A DNA stretch of 56,187 nucleotides from Hemiscyllium ocellatum. Taxonomy: Eukaryota. The stretch lies in contig NC_083413.1 of assembly GCF_020745735.1 (NCBI RefSeq), forward strand, positions 97,058,220 through 97,114,406. The letters run 5' to 3'. This document shows positions 37,279 to 49,659 of the stretch, in pieces. Position numbers and translations under genes: made by a program. Position 1 is the first letter of the stretch. Each line of letters starts with the position of its first letter. Under the pieces are notes generated by a model. It did not search any database. It saw nothing but the letters and a program-made list of their open reading frames with translations, and had not been told where the DNA came from.

Positions 37279-39044
37279 AAAGCATCTCATAAACGTGAGT
37301 ATTAATATCCACTTTGGCAGATTTAATTGATTTTCATTGGAATGTATCTGCCAAACCTTTAGCAAAACTGAATCAGCAAACAGCTTCAAACTGTGCACAC
37401 GTCCATCACAAAACATTGCTGCTCCTCATTCACTTTTCAAATGCACTGCTCCATTCCAAATAGCAGACCACCCGTTCCCATTCATAGAGATGTGTTTCTG
37501 ACAGATGGAAGTGGTTGTTTCTGTACTTCTGCCATTTTTATTGAACTCATCTCAAGTTACACTTTAGAATTTGACTGTCAGGCCAAGACTGTTTGTGTTA
37601 AGCTTTGTCAATTTTGACCAGGTTGCCAGCTCTTCATGTTCTTGAATATTGGAATGGGACTGGGTTCTATCAGCCCTCTAGGGACAGGCTGCAAGGTCAT
37701 TAGGTGGATAATAGGGTGGAAGATGAGAAGGGAAGGAAGGAGATTCCACCTCCGTAGTATGTTATTGATCCCAAATTCGGGAAAGGATGACCACTCAGGT
37801 GGTCAATGTAGAGTGTGTTCCCGCCAATGCTGGCAGTTTATTAGCAGTAAGGTCCTCCATTGTGTGGGAGACCTCCCCCTGCATCCTAGTGACACACCTG
37901 GAGGATGTCCCTCCTAATGAAGTACCTTGTGGCTCACAACAGGGTATCCCATCTGCACACTGGAACAGTCCCCTGTCCATGGTGGTGATCATTACGGGAA
38001 CTGGAAATCAGAGTAAGTGAGTGAAAGAAGCCGTGAGGGCTAGAGTGTTCACAACATTCCCAGGACCAGGTTGGCAGCTCCTACTGAGGCCATTAATAAG
38101 TCATTAAGATCCCCCAATTGGTGCAAGGACGATGGGTTACTCCTACTCCTAGTAAGAGGACTGTGATTACTGCTGTTTCAGTGCTATCAAGCAAATCGTG
38201 AAGTGTGGCCATGTGATAAAATCATTTACATTCAGTGCTGGATACTTGAGACTTTTTGTGAGAAACTTTATAACTCTTCTAAATGTTCTTAATGCACTTT
38301 TTGTTTCATACAATGGTGATTTTCTACGTAGGATTATAGAGGAAAAACAGACCATTTGGCACAATCAGTTCATGCCAGTGCTTATGTTCCACTCAAGGTG
38401 TTTCACATCTTTCCTCATCTAAATCGCCCGTTGTAATTCTCTATTCCCATCCCTTCCTAGTGCTCGCCTAGTTTCCTTGAAATACATCTAAACTATTGAT
38501 TTCAACTATTCCGTCTGGTCACATATTCCCCATTCTCATCATTCTTTCAGTGAAGAGGTTTCCTCTGAATTCCCTTTTGGACTTCTTGAGGTACCGTCTT
38601 ATATTGACAGCCTCGAGTTATATTCTATCCCACAGTGAAATGTTTTCTTTGTACCTTCTCTTTTCAAAACCTTTCTTAATTTTTGAACTGTCAGCCTTCT
38701 TTTCAAGAAAGAAGTGAACAGCACAACAATTCTTCCTGGATATACACAGCCAGAAACTTGTGGAGCTTTCTCATAAATCATCTCTTTACTCTCTCTCATA
38801 CATTCTCTAATATGTCAACTCGAATTGCAAATAATACTCTTAATTATAGTCAACCAAATTTTTATAGTGACCCTACTTTCAAATCTATCCCTTTAGAGAT
38901 AAAACTTAGTACTTTGTTTACATTTTTATGGCCTTTGGAACCTGTGGTGAAATTGTTAGTGACTGATGTAATTGTCTGAAATCCCTTTGTTTGTCTCCCT
39001 CACTTAGACGTGCATCTTTGAATAAGTGACCTGCACATTATTCC

Positions 39045-39732
39045 AAGGCCCCAAGGGATCCTTCCATATCCGCCACAAATTCACCTGCACCTCCACACAC
39101 ATCATTTACTGCATCTGCTGCACCCGATGTGGCCTCCTCTATATTGGGGAGATGGGCCACCTACTTGTGGAACATTTCAGAGAACACCTCTGGGACACCG
39201 GACCAACCAACCCAACCACCCCGTGGCTCAACACTTTAACTCCCCCTTCCACTCCACCAAGGACATGCAGGTCCTTGGACTCCTCCATCGCCAGACCATA
39301 ACAACACGACGGTTGAAGGAAGAGCACCTCATATTCCGCCTGGGAACCCTCCAACCACAAGGGATGAACTCAGATTTCTCCAGTTTCCTCATTTCCCCTC
39401 CCCCCACTTTGTCTCAGTCGAATCCCTCGAACTCAGCACCCCCTTCCTAACCTGCAATCTTCTTCCTAACCTCTCCGCCCCCACCCCACTCCGGCCTATC
39501 ACCCTCACCTTGACATCCTTCCACCTATCACATCTCCATCACCCCTCCCCCAAGTCCCTCCTTCCTACCTTTTATCTTAGCCTGCTGGACACACATTCCT
39601 CATTCCTGATGAAGGGCTTATGCCCGAAACGTCAAATTTCCTGTTCCTTGGTTGCTGCCTGACCTGCTGCGCTCTCCCAGCAAGACATTTTCAGCTCTGA
39701 TACTCCAGCATCTGCAGACCTCACTTTCGCCT
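39045..39732 (+). mobile_element. Penelope-like element 3' fragment (GIY-YIG endonuclease, pyrimidine-rich tract, hammerhead) with 13-bp TSD
   Basis: FTCTSTHIIYCICCTRCGLLYIGE..REHL and HPVAQHFNS..EEHLIFRLGTLQPQGMNSDF, with one frameshift. Exact duplication TGCACATTATTCC at 39032-39044 and 39733-39745. Confidence 0.9.
39602..39637 (+). ncRNA. Minimal type-I hammerhead ribozyme motif with intact catalytic core
   Basis: ATTC-CTGATGA-A-GGGC-TTAT-GCCC-GAAAC-GTC-AAAT. Core CUGAUGA, perfect 4-bp stem II, GAAAC/GUC minimal stem III and cleavage triplet. Stem I has one mismatch. Confidence 0.75.
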
Positions 39733-40316
39733 TGCACATTATTCCTACCAAGATGTAATACCTTACCTTTATCTGTGTGGATCTTCATTTGCTAATTATT
39801 TGAACATACCGTAAATTAATTAATGATCTCTTGCAACTTCTTGTAGTCCTCAGAATTGGCTACATTTCAACATTCCTTTCCAATTTCATGTCATTGTATT
39901 GCTAATTTTTTTTGTCGTAATTAGATGCAATATTTAATTTGCAGTTTTACTTTATTTTGTTTTGAATTTTTAGAGAGGTGCAGTAATCCACACATTAACT
40001 ACAACAACTAAATGTAGAATGACAGATAGATGAAAATTATTACAAACACAGGACTAATTAATAGACTCTGTTAACTTCACGGTCAAAACAGGGAATTATT
40101 TTTTACACGAATGATATGGTGCATTATCTGTAGTACAATAACTTTTTGTCCATTTTTTTGTTGTAGTTTATTTTCCAGGTCTTTCCATACACACCATAAA
40201 TTGAAAAGGCACCCATCCTCCATTTTAAACTAAATGATAATAATAAAAAACAACATTTATATTAAATGCAACATGATTTATGAAGCCAATCCTCTAGGCT
40301 GATACATATTCACAGC

Positions 40317-40765
40317 CATGTAGAGTTATATAGGGAGAGGCTGAATAGGCTGGGGTTGATTTCTCTGGAGCTTTGGAAGCTGAGGGGTGATTTTATAAAG
40401 GCTTATAAAATCATCAGAGGCATGGATACAGTGAATAGGCAAGGTTTTTTCCCTGAAATGGGTGGAGTCTCATCTAAATCTACACTCATGAGTCTAGGTT
40501 TAGAGTGAGAGGGGAAAAAGTTGAAAGTACCTAAGGAGTAACTTTTTCATGCAGAGGGTGGTGTGTATGGAATGAACTGCCAGAGGAAGTGGTGGAGGCT
40601 GGTGCAATTTCAACATTTAAAAGGCATCTGAGTGTGTATAAGAATAGGAAGGGTTTGGAGGGATATGGGCCAAGTACTGGCAAATGGGACTAGATTAGTT
40701 TAGGATATCTGGTCAGCATGGGCAAGTGAAACTGAAAGATCTGTTTCCAAGTTGTACATCTCTAT
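40317..40765 (+). mobile_element. CR1 LINE 3' fragment
   Basis: tatagggagaggctgaataggctgggg..gcagagggtggtg..tggaatgaactgccagaggaagtggtggaggc..ctctatgactct tail. Confidence 0.85.
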
Positions 40766-40789
40766 GACTCTGTGATCTACTCCTTTGCT

Positions 40790-41625
40790 CTTAATGTACT
40801 AGTCGAATCTCTTTGGATTATCTTTAACATTATCTCCCAAGGCTATCTCATTTTCCTTTCTTGCCCTCCTCATTTCCCTCTTTAGAATGTCCCTGCCCCT
40901 CTTTTACTCTTTGAGATTCACTGAATCTCACTTATCGATATCTAATATATGATTCATTCTTAATCTGAACCAGAGCCTCAATATCTTTATTCCTCCAGTG
41001 TTCCCTCCTCTTACCAGCCTTATCTTCACACTAACAGGAACATCACGCCTCCGAACTCTCGTTATCTCACTTCTGAAAGCTTCACTCTTGCCGGCCGTCC
41101 CTTGAGCTGCAAACAGTCTACTCCAATCAACTCTTGAAAGTTTTTGTCTCATACTATCAAAATTTGCCCTCGTTCAATTAAGAACTTTAACTTATATATA
41201 ATGCCAATCCTTTCCATAGATATTTTAAACTAATCAAAATATGACCCGGGCCCCAAAAAGCTCCCCTACTAACCATTCAGTCACTTGTCCTGCCTTATAT
41301 CACAAGAGTAGGTCAGGTTTGCTCCTTCTGTGAGAGTTACATCTGTATATTAATGAAGAAAATTGACTTTAGCACTTACAAAATTCCTCACCATCCAAGC
41401 TCTTAAGATCATGACTGTCTCACTTTATGTTTGGAAGGTTAAAATTTGCGATTATTGCAATCCTATTATTCTTACATATAAATAAGACCTCTCCACATAT
41501 TCATTACTCAATTTCACTCTGACTACTGGGGGGACTATTACAATTGCATCAAAGTAATTATGCCCTTCTTATTTATGAGTTCCATCCACATAGCTTCACT
41601 GGACCATCCCTCAGAAATACCTTGT
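40790..41625 (-). mobile_element. CR1 ORF2 internal fragment, degenerate
   Basis: Minus-strand MRQKLSRVDWSRLF..EAFRSEITRV..VPVSVK is homologous to the endonuclease-RT linker of the 20-23 kb LINE (MSWEHRLSGK..FFKEQIRRV..YVPVRQ). Confidence 0.7.
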
Positions 41626-42368
41626 GTTAGAACAGCAGTAATGTATCACCACAAGAAAAAATGACTCCAATCTCCTTCTAGCTCTTCCTACTTTTGCCGT
41701 ATCTTTGATGGTGGGAGGGGCTTTGAACATAAATTATTCAATTTACTGGTGATGGTTAGTAGCAGAAAATAAAGAGACTGTGGGGGACTTGGGTGATGGG
41801 AAATAAAAGGTTACATTGTGTGGAAAGAAAATTCTGTATATAAACAAGAATTTTAAAAAATGAACTCCACTCTGTCTGCCCAGCTCTTGCCTACACCGCT
41901 GTACCTCCAGAGTACTTTCCTTTTATTTTGATGAGTTCAAGTTAATCTCACCCGCTGTTTTGTACTTGTCAACCATTTGTTAACGGGTGTTTGCTGTTAC
42001 AGAATGTAGGCTGCCTTACTGGGTACGTTCTCAGAGTTCAGTGTTTGGAGTCCTTGTTGTACCAACCTGTGCTTTGGTCCATCATGCAAAATTACAGAAA
42101 AATATTAACAGCCATTTAAGGTAAAATGTTAGGATATTGGAAGAACAGCTAAGAGCATCAAGTTTGACAGAGGGGTTGTGGGAAAGGACATGGAAAGCAG
42201 CAGGGTTTCCAGAACTTCTGATCTTTGTCTTCTCTGATCGAAATCAACCTGTGATTGATCATTTTTGAGGATTGTTATTCGTTAATATCGGTGTGTCAGA
42301 TAGATCTCCGTCTCAGGGAGGGGTGACGTGCTTCTTTGTTTTGTGATGAACTCAGGGGAACATACAAT

Positions 42369-42682
42369 AGATTAGATTAGACTTACAGTGTGGAAACAGG
42401 CCCTTCGGCCCAACAAGTCCACACCGACCCGCCGAAGCGCAACCCACCCATACCCCTACATTTACCCCTTACCTAACACTACGGGCAATTTAGCTTGGCC
42501 AATTCACCTGACCCGCACATCTTTGGACTGTGGGAGGAAACCGGAGCACCCGGAGGAAACCCACGCAGACACGGGGAGAACGTGCAAACTCCACACAGTC
42601 AGTCGCCTGAGTCGGGAATTGAACCCGGGTCTACAGGCGCTGTGAGGCAGCAGTGCTAACCACTGTGCCACCGTGCCGCCCA
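42369..42682 (-). mobile_element. HE1/V-SINE-like SINE, full length
   Basis: Reverse complement of the 4105-4416 element, with a TTAGA tail and A/B boxes. Confidence 0.92.
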
Positions 42683-43812
42683 CTAATAGTAAGGGGGTAA
42701 ACCCAAAGGGGGTGAAGGAGCAGAGGATCCTCCATGTGTATGTGCACAAATCAGGGAATGGACCATGACATGTGGACAGAAGAGCAACTAAACCCTACTT
42801 CATCAATAACACCGCAGAGAACAAACACAAAGCAATTATGTTAATCTGAAATCAAACAGTCTCTTGTCTCACCTGGAATGTTGCATCTAGTTTCAGGAGC
42901 CACGTTTTTGACAAAAGGCAAAATTATGAGATTGGGTGCGTGACTGATTCACAACACTATTCCCGGGATGATACACCTCACCAACTCTGAGAAATTGAGA
43001 ATGTTCTCCTCTGCTGATAGTTCCCAGACTCTGTGAACAGTTGCTATGATTGGTTCCCAACTCCGTCTTGCATCATATAGATCTCAATGGCTGAATATTT
43101 CAGGGACTCATGAGCCCTGACTTGCCTGATCAACATCGACCTCTGATTTATTATTTTTGAGGGTTGCTGATCAGTAATATCCCTGTATCAGATACATCCC
43201 AGTCTCATTCCCTGGGATTTGACAGGTATGGTGTGTCAAATAGATCCCAGGAATAGTGCTCCATGAGATTTATGTGTGAGAAAAACTCCAGTTCTGAGAA
43301 TCCGCCCTTGGATTGTGCATGTGTTGTGTCTGACTACCTGACTGAACGTTGACATTTTTGGCTGATGAATGTTTCGTTGGGCGTTTTAGGTGGCGTGTTA
43401 TGCATTACTAACCCAGGCTGTCCGGACATTGGGAGTACATGTAGTTTAGACGGTGTAGAGTAAACTTTCAAACTCCTTTGCCTGCCTTTTATAGGCTTCT
43501 GATGGAGCAAAGCTCCTCATTTGTATCATTACGTGACCCGAGGCCGTGACCTTTGGTGCTTAAGAGGAAATGTTCTCTAATCATTCTGCCTCTGGAGTGT
43601 TCCATCAGGCATATCGTGTGAAAGATGTATTTACATTAGTGGGCGGCATGGCAGCGCAACATTAAACTAAATGACTGGATGAAACACAACCAAACAGAAC
43701 AAGTGAAAGTATTTGGCTGGGAAAGGAGTAGGATGTGGGAAAATGTATGATTACTGACTGGCCTTGAAGAAAGAATGAAGCAAACTCAAGGTTAGTGCAT
43801 ATTCATTCAAGA

Positions 43813-43818
43813 TTTATT
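43813..43818 (-). terminator. Candidate poly(A) signal of the membrane-form mu mRNA
   Basis: First AATAAA on the minus strand after the TM2 stop, about 430 nt downstream. Actual use is inferred. Confidence 0.55.
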
Positions 43819-44247
43819 AACCATTTCAGAAAGCATTTTTATCCAAAAAGTTGTTGTAAAAGCTAACAGAAGTGAATATAATGGCTGGGTGCCACATTGA
43901 GATGAGAACACATGCGCTGTGAGGTGGGAATTTTCTGTACCTCAGTAACAGTCACACGAACGGGAATACAAAGGCTCATCAGAAAGGGTAGGCAACCATT
44001 CTGAGTAAGGAACAAATAAAAACAAAACAAATGGGCTTCAAACAACAGGGAAGCTACAAATTCTTCCAACCACAACCATTTCAAAGATATCAAAGTAAAA
44101 ACGAAAATCCATCAATAATTGTCTCAGTTACACACTGATAAACTGAAGTGATCTCACTGTGAGAGTCAGCAACAGGACAGATTGTAGATTGGGAATTCAG
44201 AGACCTTGATAAGCAGATCAGGAAAATCAAAGGAGTCCACAACTCAT

Positions 44248-44256
44248 TCACTTAAC
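44248..44256 (-). CDS. IGHM: IgM heavy chain TM2 exon, coding part (V-K-stop)
   Basis: tctctcttttccag|GTT AAG TGA. Strong acceptor, phase 0, completes the canonical KVK cytoplasmic tail. Confidence 0.9.
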   Translation of the reverse strand, partial: VK

Positions 44257-44395
44257 CTGGAAAAGAGAGATAAAGCAATGACACAGATATTTATGATCAG
44301 GGACTTTCAGATTTCATGTTTATTCAATGGCACACTTAGAGATTTCACAAAACATATTGGGCTGTTTGGCGTGAGAAAGATGTGATTATTCTCAC

Positions 44396-44523
44396 CTTCA
44401 CCAGAGTGACGGCAGCGCTGTAGAAAATACTCAGGAAGAACAAGGTGATGAACGTGGAAGCAGTTGTCCAGATGTTGCTGTTATCATCCTCATAGTCTTC
44501 AATCCAAGTGCGATCTATTGAAT
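44396..44523 (-). CDS. IGHM: IgM heavy chain TM1 exon (membrane-proximal spacer plus transmembrane helix)
   Basis: (D)SIDRTWIEDYEDDNSNIWTTASTFITLFFLSIFYSAAVTLVK, with the conserved antigen-receptor TM motif. ttcatag acceptor, AAG|gtgag donor. 128 nt, phase 1 to 0. Confidence 0.95.
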
Positions 44524-45059
44524 CTATGAATATAAAGCCGAGAGAACGCATTTAGATCGTTTATTGATCCAGGTCGATCTATGTGTATCCAAGTCATGTA
44601 ATTAGAGACCATTACATCTTCATAAAGCAGTCAGGTATTTCTCAAGTGTGACTCTAATCTGTATCCATCAGTGCATTATTGACTCTCAGCAAGAAATTAC
44701 AAATACTGACTGCACATGTTCTTTCTTCATTGTCCATGTCAGAATGTTTTAAATTAATGTTCTTTTAATCTATTATTTAAGGATATTATTATTTGAGGAA
44801 TGCTTATTACGAATGATTATTTTAATTATATCATTATATTTTAAATATAGGCTGTGACAGCACTTTAGTTGAAAATTGTGGCCATCACTGAATAAAAGTT
44901 CAAATGTGATTCTCACCTTTATGTATTGGTGACCAATTGCTTGGCAAATCGTGAATATAAGTGACATCACAGTCAGGACATTGCTTCATATTTTTGTTTG
45001 TAGGATCTGTATATTTAGGAATAAGTTTTTGTACATGTGTCCCTTAATTTATTTGACCT

Positions 45060-46130
45060 ACTGCTTGGTGTGTTTGGTTTCCCTTTAATGGTTGTGTATG
45101 TGGTTATGAGTGCCTCTTACTTCATTCTTGCCCATGTTGGAGTCTGTGCATGAATAAACATATTCCTGTTCCTTTACTGCTAGTGTTCTCATGTGTTTGT
45201 GCACCGAAATTTTGGTCTTTTCACATTGTGTAAGCATCATTATGCGAATATGCCACTTCATTGCTGCCTATGCTTATCTTGTAATGTCTTTGTGAGTGTT
45301 CACTTTTCATTAGTGCTATCTAAAATGTGTGCTTATGTGTCTGTTTCAGGTCCTACCTAAACTAGGTTATTTTCATGTTTATGCTTAATAAATGTTAGCA
45401 TGCAACGTCATGTTTTGATGGATGTTTATATTTATATGATGATGTCTGCTTGTGTGGCAATCTTTCCCAAACCATCTCCTGAGAAGCTTGTTTGTGTTAC
45501 TGTGTGTGGATGCTTGCTGATGCTTGTGCTCATTATCCTTATTTAATAAATGCCCCTCTATTTGTTGATCTATGCACTTGTGTGTCTGCATGTGAGACTC
45601 GGAATTTGTGTGTACGTGTGACATTGTATACATGCTGATCAATGTGGTTTAAAAATAACTAATTAAGCTGCCTCTGTCATCGTATGTTTGTGATTCTGAA
45701 AATGGGAAAATAATGATATTAATGTTTATCTCTGTGCACTTATGTGCCTGTATGAGTTGACATGTGGGAGGACATTTTTTGGAATTTGTATCTGTGTGTT
45801 CATGCGTGTATGTCTGTACGCATTGTGCTGTATGAATGTATATGTATTCATGCCCATTCGTGTGTTACCGTGTGTCTATATTTCTCATGGTTAAGTGTGA
45901 GTACCCTGATCATTTGTGCAAATAATTTTCTTTCGGTGTATGTGAGTTTTTGTATGAGCTTAGGTGAGTGTTCAAGTACCACTTGCATGTGTGGCTCTGT
46001 GCGAGTATGCGTGTGTGACATCTTATCTGTATGCACATTTGAGTGTGCACATCAATATGTGTCTTTAGGTGAGAGCCCATATATGTGTCATTCCGTGTGT
46101 ATTTGCGATCATCTCTCTGTATCTGTTCTT
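45060..46130. repeat. Degenerate TG-rich (CA-rich on the Ig sense strand) low-complexity tract in the CH4-TM1 intron
   Basis: Runs such as gtgtgtgttcatgcgtgtatgtctgtacgc and gtgcgagtatgcgtgtgtgac. Densest at 45740-46130. Confidence 0.65.
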
Positions 46131-46254
46131 ATACAAGACTGCAATTTTTATTATTCTAATTTATTGTTCTAATTTTAATGGATTGCCTATAATTAGATTT
46201 GACCTTGGTGTTGTAGGAAACATTTCCCATCGTCGTGAAGAGATAAGCGTTTTA

Positions 46255-46365
46255 TGAGCAACTCTTCTGTTGCAGTGATAGAATTTCTGTCTCTGAGAGA
46301 AAAGGCGTGAGTTCAAATCCTCACTGCCCCAGAGATAACATTTCTGAATATGTTTATTAGAAAAT
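46255..46365 (+). mobile_element. Short tRNA-SINE head fragment
   Basis: tgcagtgatag..gagttcaaatcc (A/B-box-like) followed by ccagagataacatttctgaa. Confidence 0.4.
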
Positions 46366-47251
46366 GCCTACTTGTGTTCTGTATGTGAAACAAAATGGTA
46401 TCAGGTATTCGAATACCAGAATTGATCCCATGTGCTCCAGAAAACTGAGACAAAACTATAGAATTCAAACCGGGACAATGCAAACACCAGTTTTGGATTA
46501 GGGGAATCAATGTTAATCATTTGTTAACAGAGCCAAGCGTGTCCAACATGTTTCAAAGGTATTATTTTGCATGGAAATGTTCAATCTTTGGACAGTAAGC
46601 GAGAAGCTGACTGTTCCTGTTAGTAACTGGGTTACATTACAGAGGACATCTACCATGAAAACTCTGCACAGGGAGCAAGAGGACAGACCATTCATCGTTC
46701 CCCTCCCCTCTGCTCCACGACAACTTATCTGTCGATTCTCTTTGGTGTGAAAGTGAAGATATATTCTGTCAACTCATGCACTGGCGCAAGATCCCTGGCA
46801 GTTCCCCAGAAACAACGGTTACATTCAAACTGTTCTGCACTCTTTACGATTGGTATGTTCCAATCAAATTTAATTTTAAAGTGTCTTAAATTTACATTTC
46901 CAATTGGTGCAATGTGGCAGTTTAAAACTGACATGAATTTTATAAGAATGTCCAATCAGGGGAATCAAGAACACCAAGTTCAAAACTCGTGCTCTACCCT
47001 GGACATAAAATGGACATTGTCAGATTTTGTCACAGAGGGATTTAAGATGGACAAGGGACTTGGCGGAATCCTGCAATGAGTGAGCTTTACTCTGTCTCTG
47101 ACCCAGGGTGTATCTGAGCAGAGAACATTAACTGCACAAGACACTTGTCCTAGACCTGTTAATAATCCACTTTAACTACAGAGATGGAATGGAAGTCAGA
47201 GTGAGAAACAACTCATTCAGTATTTAACTCACAACTGGAGGAAAAAGAAAC

Positions 47252-47298
47252 TTTATTACTTCTGTTGAATTATTAAATGCAACTTTGAGATTTTTATT
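47252..47298 (-). terminator. Secretory-form poly(A) signals: two AATAAA at 47298-47293 (overlapping the stop) and 47257-47252
   Basis: Minus strand TGT CAA TAA AAA ... gtAATAAAgtttctttttcc, with a U-rich element downstream. Confidence 0.75.
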
Positions 47299-47685
47299 GA
47301 CATGAATTAACAGTGTCCATCAGTGCAAGTGAAATGTTTACGAAACTCGGTTTACCGCTGGATTTATCGACTGTTCTGTTGATGAGCTTCAATGGAATCG
47401 CTTCATGTCCCACCACACAGGAGTAAGAAGCACCGCTGGCCCACTCCTCCGCTGTAATGGATAACAGGCTGTACATGAAGAAGGAAGTGTTGTCACTCTC
47501 TGCCATCACCTCGGTGTTCTTGTAGTTACTGGGATTCACCTGCTTGTCATTGGTTGTCCACTTGACGAAGATCTCTCGGGGGGAGAAACCTCTCACTAAA
47601 CAGGTGAGGGAGAGAAACCTCTGAGCGGAGATTTCTTCTGTTGGTGGCAGGAGGACCGACACTGATGGCTCCAGCGGATTAATCA
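47294..47685 (-). CDS. IGHM: IgM heavy chain CH4 exon plus secretory tailpiece; internal donor for the membrane form after 47356
   Basis: [66 protein letters not shown]|[23 protein letters not shown] Ig fold, tailpiece NIS sequon, penultimate Cys. tgcag acceptor, G|GTAAA internal donor in phase with TM1. Confidence 0.97.
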
Positions 47686-48132
47686 CTGCAGAATATTTGA
47701 GACAAATATAAATCAATCAAAAATATCCTGAACCAATATCACAATTTCACTCAATATTAAAATACACCATTATTAATTTGGGATTTATTCACTTTCGTTT
47801 TCTAAAAGAGTACACATTCTGTTCAGTAAAAAAAGTAAAGTTTAATGTGAAAGTTGCCTCCATGTTTCCAGCCCACAACAAGGGCATTCTGTCCAACTGT
47901 CATTGCTGATGGTGGCATCACAACCCAGGCTTCTTCCCACCTTATCTGACTTAATCAGAATACAATATCCTTTGGTCCATCTTTTTCTTAATCAGCTACT
48001 TAGTTATCCTGCCTTCAGATGCATCATAAATGCTCCCAACGGTGTTTGTTCATTACCAATCAAAGCCTGCCATTGATGTAACTGGATCTGGATTCCACAT
48101 GGGATGCTTTGTGTTTTAATCTCACCGCTCAC

Positions 48133-48441
48133 CTTTCTCCTTGTGGATGGAGTCTCTCAGCGGAGTCGGTAGATTTTGATGGTACACCACACATTCAAAA
48201 GTAACACCACTCAGCCAGGCTTCAGTAGAAATGTCTAATTTGCTGATCACGCTGTCGGGATTCTGTCCAGGCTGGTCAGCAATCTCGGTTTTCAGAAGCT
48301 TCTTTTCTTGCTTCCAGGTCACGCTGACTCCAGAAGGAAAATTGGACACAACACAGGTTAACGTCACCGTCGCCTCCAGTAAGACTTGTTCGACTGGCGG
48401 TGGGAGGATTTTAACGGTGTTAGGGTGGCACTCGGTATCTT
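48133..48441 (-). CDS. IGHM: IgM heavy chain CH3 exon
   Basis: (E)[64 protein letters not shown]. tttcatag acceptor, G|gtgag donor. 309 nt, phase 1/1. Confidence 0.96.
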
Positions 48442-49659
48442 CTATGAAACAAAAATCAAAGTCAATGAAAAATGCCCCTTTATGATACAAACACCCAGTC
48501 TTCAGATTACTTCTTCACAGGGTGAAGACACCACCTTCAAAATGGCAACTCCAACCATTGCTGAAACAATGCTTACTATTGTTGATGTATTTTGATTTGT
48601 GAAAGCATTTGTGATTACCTATGACATACCCTGTGTAATTATTCCCAAAGAACACTGGCTTTGTAACAAGTGAAAGCTGTGAAAAAAGTAAAATCATCGA
48701 AGATACCATTATGTAACCCATGGAATTACCTTTCTTTCAGAGTTTGTCTCTCACTTAAGACCATCTATTGATACTTGTGACAAGAGTAATCTGAATATAA
48801 TGAGTTCATTTCCATGTTCATAACCCTTAGGTGCAAGTGCGCTGGTCACGCTGACTGCCAAATCACATCCCAAATTTTGGACAAATTATAAGAAATAATA
48901 ATTATTCTCTTTGCAGAGTTCTAAAGTGCTACAGGAGCAGTGAATATCCATGGAAATTCTGTTCATTATATTTAACGTGATCAAAAATACTTTGCGTTAT
49001 TGGTGTGATGTCATTCTCTGATTTATGTCATTGTTCCTCGTGGGCTGAGTTTGGAGTAGATCTGAAAACAAGGCACTGAGTACAGCATTGGATATCGAGA
49101 AGGACACCCATCTCCTTAAGTCTTTCCCTCCATTCAGTTAGTTCATGACTGGTCTGTACTTTCACTTTATTTACCAAGCTGCATTTTTTAATTTCTTCAT
49201 AGAGCAGGGGAGAAAAAAAAACAAACAAAAGCGTCTTAAATTAATCTACAAACGTGATGGAAATGTACACTAATTTTATAGACATCCACTACCCACTGTG
49301 TAAACATCGCCACTCCAAACCAGGCTAAATCAGCCTGTCTCAAGTTCCTCGTTCACTCATCCCTATTGTAGCATTCTTACCAGAATTTATTCTCCTGCCT
49401 CATCCACTACTTACACAGAGCATCTTAAAGAGGCTCAGTGAGATCATGTTTATCCCAGTTCATCAAATGTGATACCCACTTGGTCTGTGGTCTGATCCCA
49501 TAAATGAAGTTAAAGAGCTCAGCACCAGATAAAAATCGATGTCGTACAATGTCCAAGGCCAACAGGTCATTCCTGAGCAGGGAGTGAAGCATTGAACGCA
49601 TTTTGATTTATTTTCAAGTTAGGGTCACTGCATATTTTAACCACGTCATTTTGAGACCA

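Larger units (their letters stand above)
38340..39850 (-). mobile_element. Old CR1 3' fragment, split by the Penelope insertion
   Basis: cattctcatcattctttcagtgaagaggtttcctctgaattccc is the reverse complement of the CR1 C-terminal pattern. The sequence continues after 39745. Confidence 0.55.

Noticed and set aside
41655-41895. Imperfect ~40-bp direct repeat (aaaaaatga..ctcca..agctctt..cctac) ~200 bp apart
   Set aside because: Too short and diverged to assign. No TIR, TSD or coding signal.
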